The position numbers and the translations under genes are program-made. Shown here one piece after another: positions 7,601 to 14,299 of a DNA stretch of 14,894 bases. The stretch comes from an archaeon (GTDB taxonomy: Archaea > SpSt-1190 > DYHY01). The stretch lies in NCBI GenBank assembly GCA_043803745.1, contig JAZDJS010000004.1:1-14894 (forward strand), in the 5' to 3' direction. Under the pieces are notes generated by a model, which was not told the origin of the DNA, ran no database searches, and saw only the letters and a program-made list of their open reading frames with translations. Position 1 is the stretch's first letter, and every line of letters starts with the position of its first letter.

Positions 7601-8335
7601 CTAATCAGTCCACCCCAGAAGGAACATTTTGACGGCAACAGCCGCGAGGTCGAGGGAATCGAGGTCCTTACCGACGATGAAAAGGGCAACCCCCTTCGAC
7701 TCCTCGGTGTAGAATGACGAGATTGAGGTATTCCCCGGAATCCCTTCAGAGGTTGAAAAGTAAAAGACAACCGCGGCTTCATCAAGTTTCTGTATGTAGC
7801 TGACATTCATTATTTTGGCATCAACCTTTTGGGAAGGTTCTTTTGTGAACGCAACTTCGGGAACCCATCCGTTCGCGCCAAGAGCGGTTGAGATTTCCGC
7901 CGCTGCGACAGTCACTCTGGAGGTTGCATTGGTATCCGGCTCGAGCAGGATGTATGTTTTCTCGAACTTCTTGCCGGAAAGTATGTCGAAATGGTTCGGA
8001 CCGGCCATTACTGTCGAAAGAATCAGTTTGTGCCTGCTGTCGATTTTTATTTTCCCTGCCTCGGCCGGGTTCGCCCTGAAGTGGACCTCGACTCCGCCCA
8101 GGTTTGCGTAATAGTCGTTGTCGGAAACTTTGTAGACATCGATTCCCCCGACAGTCCCGACATGCTCCCCGTCGTTCGAATCATTCGCCGCATCCGTCTT
8201 TCCGGAGAGGACGACTCCGCCGAAAACCGACGCGGCCATCAGGAAAATCAGGAAAATCCCGCCGATTACTTTCCAGTTCCGGGTGAATAGGGATTTGGCC
8301 CTCTTCCCCGCCTTGATAATCGCCTTCTTGACCAT
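7601..8335 (-). CDS. Hypothetical protein with N-terminal membrane anchor or signal and an extracellular domain
   Basis: Basic N-terminus followed by hydrophobic IGGIFLIFLMAASVFGGVVL; abuts pth2; TATA about 25 nt upstream. Confidence 0.75.
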   Translation of the reverse strand: MVKKAIIKAGKRAKSLFTRNWKVIGGIFLIFLMAASVFGGVVLSGKTDAANDSNDGEHVGTVGGIDVYKVSDNDYYANLGGVEVHFRANPAEAGKIKIDSRHKLILSTVMAGPNHFDILSGKKFEKTYILLEPDTNATSRVTVAAAEISTALGANGWVPEVAFTKEPSQKVDAKIMNVSYIQKLDEAAVVFYFSTSEGIPGNTSISSFYTEESKGVALFIVGKDLDSLDLAAVAVKMFLLGWTD

Positions 8336-8359
8336 ATTCCTTCCGGGAGTCTCCGGTGG

Positions 8360-8368
8360 TTTATAAAA
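8360..8368 (-). promoter_or_regulatory. TATA box of the putative hyp-pth2-CAPT-carS-GT2-polB operon
   Basis: TTTTATAAA on the - strand, 25-33 nt upstream of ATG 8335. Confidence 0.55.
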
Positions 8369-8376
8369 TAAGCTTT

Positions 8377-8409
8377 GCGAAAGTCCGGGTATTTACCCGC
8401 GGATTTCGC
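8377..8409. promoter_or_regulatory. Imperfect inverted repeat between divergent promoters
   Basis: gcgaaa(g)tcc-gggta-tt-taccc-(gc)ggatttcgc. Confidence 0.4.
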
Positions 8410-8442
8410 TTCCGGCTCAATGGCCCTCGGCAGGCAAGTGGT

Positions 8443-8451
8443 TTTTTATAC
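8443..8451 (+). promoter_or_regulatory. TATA box for the tRNA-Gln/array transcript
   Basis: TTTTTATAC about 25 nt upstream of the first AGCCCCG unit at 8475; no comparable TATA directly upstream of the tRNA. Confidence 0.55.
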
Positions 8452-8474
8452 TGAAGTTGAGCTGTCTGTTGAAA

Positions 8475-8557
8475 AGCCCCGTCGCCGAAACTTTGGAAAA
8501 GTTTCACCAAAATAGGGGGTTTGGTGGCAAACCTCCGGGCAGAGAAGTGATGGCGAC
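8475..8557 (+). ncRNA. Candidate structured RNA unit upstream of tRNA-Gln that shares the tRNA 5' end
   Basis: 14-bp direct repeat gaaaagccccgtcg (8471-8484 = 8569-8582); gtcgcc/ggcgac closing stem; internal hairpins 8487-8505 and 8515-8536. Confidence 0.4.
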
Positions 8558-8572
8558 AATCGAAGAAGGAAA

Positions 8573-8645
8573 AGCCCCGTCGTCTAGCGGTCAAGGATTT
8601 GGGCCTTTGGAGCCCGAGACGGCAGTTCGAATCTGCCCGGGGCTA
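8573..8645 (+). tRNA. tRNA-Gln (anticodon UUG)
   Basis: Cloverleaf with acceptor AGCCCCG/CGGGGCT (A1-U72), D arm GTCT..GGAT, anticodon arm TGGGC-CTTTGGA-GCCCG and T arm GGCAG-TTCGAAT-CTGCC; discriminator A; no intron and no encoded CCA. Confidence 0.95.
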
Positions 8646-8665
8646 CTACTTGTCTTTGTTCGATT

Positions 8666-8741
8666 AGCCCGGGGTGATTCGTGTTTGGGCAGTTCTTGTC
8701 TGCAGACAATCCAGCAAGGCTGGAGAATCTGCCCGGGGCTA
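8666..8741 (+). ncRNA. tRNA-like unit 2 (76 nt), possible tRNA-derived sRNA or pseudo-tRNA
   Basis: AGCCCGGG...CCCGGGGCT-A acceptor-like stem; T-arm halves ggcagttc and gaatctgcc separated by a 29-nt two-hairpin insert. Confidence 0.4.
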
Positions 8742-8761
8742 CTACTTGTCTTTGTTCGATT

Positions 8762-8835
8762 AGCCCGGGCCGCGCATGAGAAAGAATCCCGAAGCGTTTT
8801 AAGCGAAGGTCCTCTGCAGGGGATGCCCGGGGCTA
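8762..8835 (+). ncRNA. tRNA-like unit 3 (74 nt)
   Basis: AGCCCGGGC...GCCCGGGGCT-A closing stem; unique interior with hairpin tcctc-TGCA-gggga. Confidence 0.35.
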
Positions 8836-9474
8836 CTTACACTGCTCTTGAGCCGTCAGATATGGGAGGCGCGATGCTTGCAGATTTTCTTGTACCCGTT
8901 CGTAAATCGCATATGTCACTTCCGCAAGAAGCAGTGCATAGTCAAACTTTCCATCGCGGGAAAGCTCAAGCCCGTTATCGTAAATCTGGACCACGACGTT
9001 CCCGTGCTCGAGGCTGATTTTTCCGACCTCGCGGGGCTGTCCGGCTAGACGGAGCCGGATAACTTCCTTCCTCACGCCGTTTCCTGCTTCATATCCCTCC
9101 TTGACTGCGGAAAGCCCAGGATAGATTTCACCGGCAACGACATCCGAAAAGACTGCATAATACTGCCTACCAAGCACAGCCTTTTCGCTGGACGGCAGGT
9201 CCTCGCCGAAAACAGCCTCGGTCCAATAGGCTACGGAAGCTTCCTCGGGAGACCCGTTGGCGGGAGGCTGGTGGAAAAATGTTGCGAAATTGCTCCGGCT
9301 TGGCGGAGCCCCTGGAATTGTTGCCCCGAAACGGTCCTCGATTTCCGGGCTGAGAACAAGTTCGCTCAGCTGTCGGAGGAGTAGACTGTAGTTTTCCGGC
9401 GCAAGTTCGACTTTTCGGGCCACGCTCCGGCGGAAACTCGCCGCTTTTATCCCTTTGTTATTGGGAGACTTCAA
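8833..9474 (-). CDS. Hypothetical protein (ORFan)
   Basis: 213-aa ORF with globular composition filling the gap between the tRNA array and aRF1; TTG start uncertain; stop codon lies inside the third repeat. Confidence 0.65.
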   Translation of the reverse strand: MKSPNNKGIKAASFRRSVARKVELAPENYSLLLRQLSELVLSPEIEDRFGATIPGAPPSRSNFATFFHQPPANGSPEEASVAYWTEAVFGEDLPSSEKAVLGRQYYAVFSDVVAGEIYPGLSAVKEGYEAGNGVRKEVIRLRLAGQPREVGKISLEHGNVVVQIYDNGLELSRDGKFDYALLLAEVTYAIYERVQENLQASRLPYLTAQEQCK

Positions 9475-9533
9475 AAATTCGGAGTCGAGTCAGCTGAGTG
9501 AGTTCCCGACTGTCTCCGCAAGGGCGCGCGGCA

Positions 9534-10766
9534 TCATATCCTGAACCTAAGGAGCGCGGCAAGTCCCCCGAGGTTGAAAAGCTGCTCCCCTTCGGAAGTT
9601 TCCGAGGAAATCAGCTCGACTTTCCCGCCCAGCCGTTCCATCGTTTCGACAAGGTCCTCGATAACGTCTCTGCTCTCGGAAATCGCAAGGGACCCGCCGC
9701 AGCTCGGGCATTGCTCGTTCCTGAGCTTGAAATAGTAAGAGTCGACGTTCGTGTCAATTGTCTCGCTCCTGGAATACTGGCATGCTGCTGAATTCTGGCA
9801 TTTCACGAGTACCCTTATGCGCTCGGTCCTGTCGGAAATCAGAAGGATGTCGACCGCGTTCATCTCAATTGCCTTCCTGACCTCCCCCTCGCCATATGCG
9901 ACAAATCCGCCCGTGGAAAGCCTCCGGAGAAATTCATTCATCAGGATGCGCTCCTTTGTTATTTCGGCGCTCGAAAGAATGTCCTCGCTGCGCGCAACAA
10001 GCTCCCGAAGGCCCTCAAGCCCCGTATAGCCGACATCCTTCACTCCGATTATCAGCTGCTTCATCTCCCGCCTCAGGAAATCTCCGGATTCGAACGTCTC
10101 CTTCGTCGGGCCCGCGCCGCCGAGAATGATCCCCTTGAGATTCTTTGTTGTCATGAAGATCGAACTCGCAATCTCCCCGACCTTCTTGTAAAAGTCGTTC
10201 GCAAGATTTTCGCGGACGTGCGCGAACCTGACTGAGGACTGTCCCCCTGCGCGGAACTTGCCGGGCACAATCGACTTCACTTCCTGGACGACCTCGATAT
10301 GCGTGCCCTTCAGGAGGCCGACAACCGCGCCGCCGAGCTCGATCACTATGAGCCCGTAAACATCAGTTATCTCCGCCATCTCGAAAAGCGGGTCGAGGAA
10401 GAACTTCTGCTCGCAGAGATAGGTCCGAATGTGAATCGGCTGCGGCGGGATTATCGAGAATATCTCGAAATTGTCCCTGCCTTCCTTCTCGGAAGTGTTT
10501 CCCGAGAAAACCGCAAGACCGTGTTCCGGGACCTTCTTGAAGAGGCGCAGGTGCTGGACCATCCTTTCGAGAGCGGTCTGGACGTTCTTGCGCGTGGTGG
10601 TCGACTTTATGTTTGATGCCGTGCCCTGCTCGTCCTTGATCTGGTTTATCACCTTCGCAAGCTCGGTTTCCGGGGGGATGTAGACTGAAATGAGCTCGGT
10701 GTGGCGGGCGCGCTTGCCCGAAAGCTCCTTCAGATGCTTTTTGAACTCAAACAATTCAAGACCCAT
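9534..10766 (-). CDS. prf1: Peptide chain release factor aRF1
   Basis: TASNIKS, YLCEQKF (YxCxxxF), GKFRAGGQS (GGQ), a Cys4 minidomain and GGLAALLRF end. Confidence 0.97.
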   Translation of the reverse strand: MGLELFEFKKHLKELSGKRARHTELISVYIPPETELAKVINQIKDEQGTASNIKSTTTRKNVQTALERMVQHLRLFKKVPEHGLAVFSGNTSEKEGRDNFEIFSIIPPQPIHIRTYLCEQKFFLDPLFEMAEITDVYGLIVIELGGAVVGLLKGTHIEVVQEVKSIVPGKFRAGGQSSVRFAHVRENLANDFYKKVGEIASSIFMTTKNLKGIILGGAGPTKETFESGDFLRREMKQLIIGVKDVGYTGLEGLRELVARSEDILSSAEITKERILMNEFLRRLSTGGFVAYGEGEVRKAIEMNAVDILLISDRTERIRVLVKCQNSAACQYSRSETIDTNVDSYYFKLRNEQCPSCGGSLAISESRDVIEDLVETMERLGGKVELISSETSEGEQLFNLGGLAALLRFRI

Positions 10767-10769
10767 TTC

Positions 10770-13175
10770 TCAGAGCGCCGCCTCTATTACCGCGCCCGTT
10801 GAAATCTCCTGGATGTTGTGCATTGAAGAGATGTCCTTCTCGAACCCGGCGAGGATTTCCGGGATTATCGCCTTGGTGAGCGGATCCTTCATTGACTTGC
10901 CGGCATCCTTCTTCGTTTTCCAGGAAAGGCTGTTGAATTCTGTCAGCGCTTCCGAAAGGCCCTCCTTTCTCTTGCCTGCCTGGATTGGCGCCGGGAAGCC
11001 CTCTAGGTGTATCGACCTCTCGGGACTGTAGAGCGCCCTCCAGAGATACTCCGTTATGAACGGGGAAATCGGCGCGAGAACCTTGAGGATTGTCCTAAGG
11101 CAATAGTGGAGCGTATGGTGCGCGGAAGCCTGCTCAACTGCAGAGAAGCGGTTCTCCCGGTTGTATGCGCGCGCCTTTACAAGCTCGAGATAATTGCTTG
11201 CGAAAATGTCCCAGGTGAACGTCCTCGCCTTCGTTGCCGGAATGAAAAAGTCCATCTCTTCGTATCCCGCTTCCGCGTCAATGACCAGCTGGTCGAGCTC
11301 GGAAAGGATCCATTTGTCCGCGGGGGAAATCTCTTCCGGCGCGGGCGAATCCGGGAATCCGGAGATGAACTTGGCTATGTTATAGAGCTTCTGGATGACT
11401 TTCGCGGAGCCCCGCAGCCGTTCCTCGGAGAACCTAAGGTCGCTCCCGAGGAGCGCTTCGCTTGAGGAGAACAGGCGGAATGCGTCGGCGCCGTATTTGT
11501 CAATTAAGGGCTCGGGCATTATCACATTCCCGACCGACTTGGACATTTTCTCGCCTCGCTCGTCAACAACGTGCCCGGAAATCCAGACGTGCTCGAACGC
11601 CGGCTTGTCGAAGAGGAGATATGCGCGGAGGAGCGTGTAGTAGAGCCAGGTTCTCACAATATCCTTGCCCTGGGGGCGGACGGAAACCGGGAATGCTTTC
11701 GCGAACAGCTCCGGGTCTGAAAGGTGCCCGGAAACGACGAGCTCCGAAATGCTCGAGTCGAACCAGGTGTCGAACGTCCGTTTCTCTCCGGTGAATTCCC
11801 GCGCGCCGCATTTGGGGCAGGTTTTCACCGGGCAGGCTTCCTGCCAGGGCTGGTAGTACTTTCCGGGCCCTTCCGGAAGGACCATCTCGCCGCAGGAATT
11901 GCAATACCAGATTGGGAGCTCGGTCCCGTAATAACGCCTGCGGGAAATCGGCCAGTCCAGCGTCACTGACGCAAGCCAATCCTCCAGAATTTGCCTGGAT
12001 GCTTCCGGGTGGAACTTGATTTTCCTCGATTCGGCAAGTACGCCGGCGACGGAATCCTTCTGCCTCAGGTAGAACTCGGGCATTGAAACGAACTCGATCG
12101 GGGTTTTGCTTCTCCAGCAGACCGGGGTCCTGTGGGTGAGCTTCTCAACCCTGACAACATAGCCGTCCTTCTCAAGGTCCTCGGAAATCTGCTCGCGGGC
12201 CTTGGAAATGCGGAGGCCTGCATAGTTCCCGGCAACCTCCGTCATTTTTCCCTCCGGGGAAATCGCCTTGATTGAGGCAAGCCCCATGTTCCTGAAAAGG
12301 CGGACGTCGGTATAGTCTCCGTAACTGCAAATCATCACGACTCCCGTCCCGAAATCCATTGCAGCTTCGGGGTGGGCAATTACCTGGACCTCTTTTCCGA
12401 ATATCGGCGTTATCAGGGTTTTTCCGTGGAGCTTGTTGTATCTCTCGTCGGAGGGATTGACGAGAACGCAGGCGCATGCGCAGATAAGCTCGGGCCGGGA
12501 CGTCGCAATGACGACCTTTTCGTCCGAAGCGCCCTTCACCGAGAAATTCAGGAAGATCAGCTTCGATTCCTTGTCCTTGTATTCGATTTCCGCATCGGCA
12601 ATCGTCGTCCCGCAGTCGGTGCACCAGTTGTTCGGGCGGTCATCCTGGTAGACAAGACCGCGCTTCCACATTTCAATGAAGGTGGCTTGGGTGACTTTCC
12701 TATACTCGGGCGAGTCGGTCCGGTATACCCCGTCCGGCTCAAGGGAGTTGTTCGAGCAGCCGAGCCGCTTGCACACGCGCAGGATCTCCGTCTCATATTT
12801 GTCAAGGAGCTGCCTGCAGAGGGCGAGGAAGTGCTTCCGGTCGGTCTCATACATCCTCACCTTGAATTCCTTCTCGGTCTGGACTTCGACAGGCAGGCCG
12901 TTCCTGTCAATTCCCATCATGTAGTTCACTGCAAAGCCTTTCATCCGCTTGTAGCGGGCAATTATGTCGATGCTTGAATAGTGCACCGCGCCTCCGACAT
13001 GCCAGGTTCCGCTCGCATATGGCGGAGGGGTATCGATTGTCCAGACGGGTTTGTCCGAAGTGCTTTTGAACGCGAATGTCCTTTCTCTTTCCCAGAGCGC
13101 GGATATTTCAGCCTCCTTTTCAGGAGCCCACCTGTTTTCGGTGAGGACCGTTGCCGGATTTTGCGAATCTGCCAT
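10770..13175 (-). CDS. valS: Valine--tRNA ligase (archaeal type)
   Basis: IDTPPPY..G.WHVGG (HIGH variant), DWPISRRRYYG, DTWFDSS, RPQGKDIVRTW, KMSKS; ATG 13175 preferred over GTG 13193. Confidence 0.95.
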   Translation of the reverse strand: MADSQNPATVLTENRWAPEKEAEISALWERERTFAFKSTSDKPVWTIDTPPPYASGTWHVGGAVHYSSIDIIARYKRMKGFAVNYMMGIDRNGLPVEVQTEKEFKVRMYETDRKHFLALCRQLLDKYETEILRVCKRLGCSNNSLEPDGVYRTDSPEYRKVTQATFIEMWKRGLVYQDDRPNNWCTDCGTTIADAEIEYKDKESKLIFLNFSVKGASDEKVVIATSRPELICACACVLVNPSDERYNKLHGKTLITPIFGKEVQVIAHPEAAMDFGTGVVMICSYGDYTDVRLFRNMGLASIKAISPEGKMTEVAGNYAGLRISKAREQISEDLEKDGYVVRVEKLTHRTPVCWRSKTPIEFVSMPEFYLRQKDSVAGVLAESRKIKFHPEASRQILEDWLASVTLDWPISRRRYYGTELPIWYCNSCGEMVLPEGPGKYYQPWQEACPVKTCPKCGAREFTGEKRTFDTWFDSSISELVVSGHLSDPELFAKAFPVSVRPQGKDIVRTWLYYTLLRAYLLFDKPAFEHVWISGHVVDERGEKMSKSVGNVIMPEPLIDKYGADAFRLFSSSEALLGSDLRFSEERLRGSAKVIQKLYNIAKFISGFPDSPAPEEISPADKWILSELDQLVIDAEAGYEEMDFFIPATKARTFTWDIFASNYLELVKARAYNRENRFSAVEQASAHHTLHYCLRTILKVLAPISPFITEYLWRALYSPERSIHLEGFPAPIQAGKRKEGLSEALTEFNSLSWKTKKDAGKSMKDPLTKAIIPEILAGFEKDISSMHNIQEISTGAVIEAAL

Positions 13176-13231
13176 CTGTCGGGGAGGTCCCACAAGCCCC
13201 TCTTAAAATGTTTCCATCCGCCTGGCGGAAA

Positions 13232-13531
13232 TCAAGGGAGGATGGGGGGGAGGTTGATAATCCCAAGCTGCTCAAGGAGGAAGAGGGCTATTACGGCAGC
13301 TCCGAGAAGGAGGACTATTGTCATCAGTGCGCGATTGAGCCTGTTTGAATTCCGCTCGCTCGCAAGCTCCTTCATTAGCTTGTAGTCCGTTTCCTTGTCG
13401 CACTCCGGGCAGTAGTCGAGGGAATGGATGTGCCTGTCCATGAACTGGGTGTACTGCGCCCGGAACATCTTGTTGCCGCATTTCGAGCATTTGATCGGAA
13501 GCTGGATTTTGTTGACTAGGTTTCCGCCCAT
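13232..13531 (-). CDS. Small Zn-ribbon protein with C-terminal TM helix
   Basis: CSKC...CPEC followed by hydrophobic ALMTIVLLLGAAVIALFLL; AT-rich TATA-like element about 25-31 nt upstream. Confidence 0.75.
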   Translation of the reverse strand: MGGNLVNKIQLPIKCSKCGNKMFRAQYTQFMDRHIHSLDYCPECDKETDYKLMKELASERNSNRLNRALMTIVLLLGAAVIALFLLEQLGIINLPPILP

Positions 13532-13564
13532 GGGAGGATTGAGCCTTGCGGAAGTTAAATATGT

Positions 13565-14260
13565 TTAGGCGGGGCAAACTTGCTTGGCGGGCGGGGCTAT
13601 GATTTGCGCATATACAGTTCCAACGCTTTCCAAAATTGGCCTAATTCCTTCGGCATCCAAGTTTTCGAGCAATCCGGGAAGTTTGTATTCTACCTGAACA
13701 TATGGCATTTTTCCTGGTTTGAATCTTACCTCGGAAATCTTGTCTCGTCCCACCCCTGGAGAAACTGAGTTTGGACCTGGCTTTGAGATTGTTGCAATCA
13801 GAAGCTGGTCTTCCCCTGAAATCGGAGAGTTGTATGGGAAATTGGTTGCCGCACGTCCGGCATCGTCAACGAAAATTTCTGCGCCCTCTCCGAAAAATGC
13901 GCTAGGACCTAAAAGGTCGCCTGCGGGAAAGTATGTGTAACTCTCGTCTGCTGAGCCGGGAGCATATGTACTTGCAAGCCCGGTGAGCGTGCAAAAAGCA
14001 TCCCTGAGAAGGTCATTGTGCTCGGTTTCTCTGTCCTTAACACGAGCCGGAGCAATGACTTCTGCTAGCTCCAAAACGCCTGCGAGTAAGGAACCTTCGG
14101 CAGGTTCTACCGGAGCACATTTGAAAATTACGGCATGTCCTCCGGGAGCTGGCGCAAGTTCGACTTTGTACTTGTCATCCAGAGGAGCGTTGGCTAGCCA
14201 GTTGTTGAGTTCGCTTAAAGCATCTGAGGCTGTTCCTGTTAATGTGTTGGTTGAGCTCAT
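13565..14260 (-). CDS. Hypothetical protein (ORFan)
   Basis: 231-aa ORF; TTATATAAA at 14282-14290 upstream; looks more AT-rich than flanking genes (judged by eye). Confidence 0.7.
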   Translation of the reverse strand: MSSTNTLTGTASDALSELNNWLANAPLDDKYKVELAPAPGGHAVIFKCAPVEPAEGSLLAGVLELAEVIAPARVKDRETEHNDLLRDAFCTLTGLASTYAPGSADESYTYFPAGDLLGPSAFFGEGAEIFVDDAGRAATNFPYNSPISGEDQLLIATISKPGPNSVSPGVGRDKISEVRFKPGKMPYVQVEYKLPGLLENLDAEGIRPILESVGTVYAQIIAPPAKQVCPA

Positions 14261-14281
14261 GTTAGGAATGGGCGTTCCCTC

Positions 14282-14290
14282 TTTATATAA
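14282..14290 (-). promoter_or_regulatory. TATA box for ORF 13565..14260
   Basis: TTATATAAA on the - strand, 22-30 nt upstream of the ATG. Confidence 0.55.
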
Positions 14291-14299
14291 TTCACTACC

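Larger units (their letters stand above)
8629..8837 (+). repeat. Direct repeats of the tRNA-Gln 3' end plus trailer, separated by unique spacers
   Basis: Identical 45-bp copies gaatctgcccggggctactacttgtctttgttcgattagcccggg at 8629-8673 and 8725-8769; partial third copy tgcccggggctact at 8824-8837; periods 96 and 94 nt. Confidence 0.95.

Noticed and set aside
8629-8837. CRISPR array
   Set aside because: Only two full repeats, the repeat is the tRNA 3' end plus trailer, the spacers are about 50 nt and structured, and no cas genes are in the window.
8457-9017. 186-aa + strand ORF with repeated peptide RICPGLLLVFVRLAR
   Set aside because: It reads through the tRNA gene; the peptide repeat results from the 96-nt period being a multiple of three.
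8573-9474. Intact integrated element (attL/attR at tRNA-Gln)
   Set aside because: The duplicated 3' ends enclose only about 50 nt and no integrase is recognisable; at most a scar.
9480-9518. Weak stem-loop (cggag...ctccg, agtcg/cgact) between prf1 and the ORFan
   Set aside because: Pairing is imperfect and within chance for GC-rich sequence; there is no tRNA-like or other recognisable motif.
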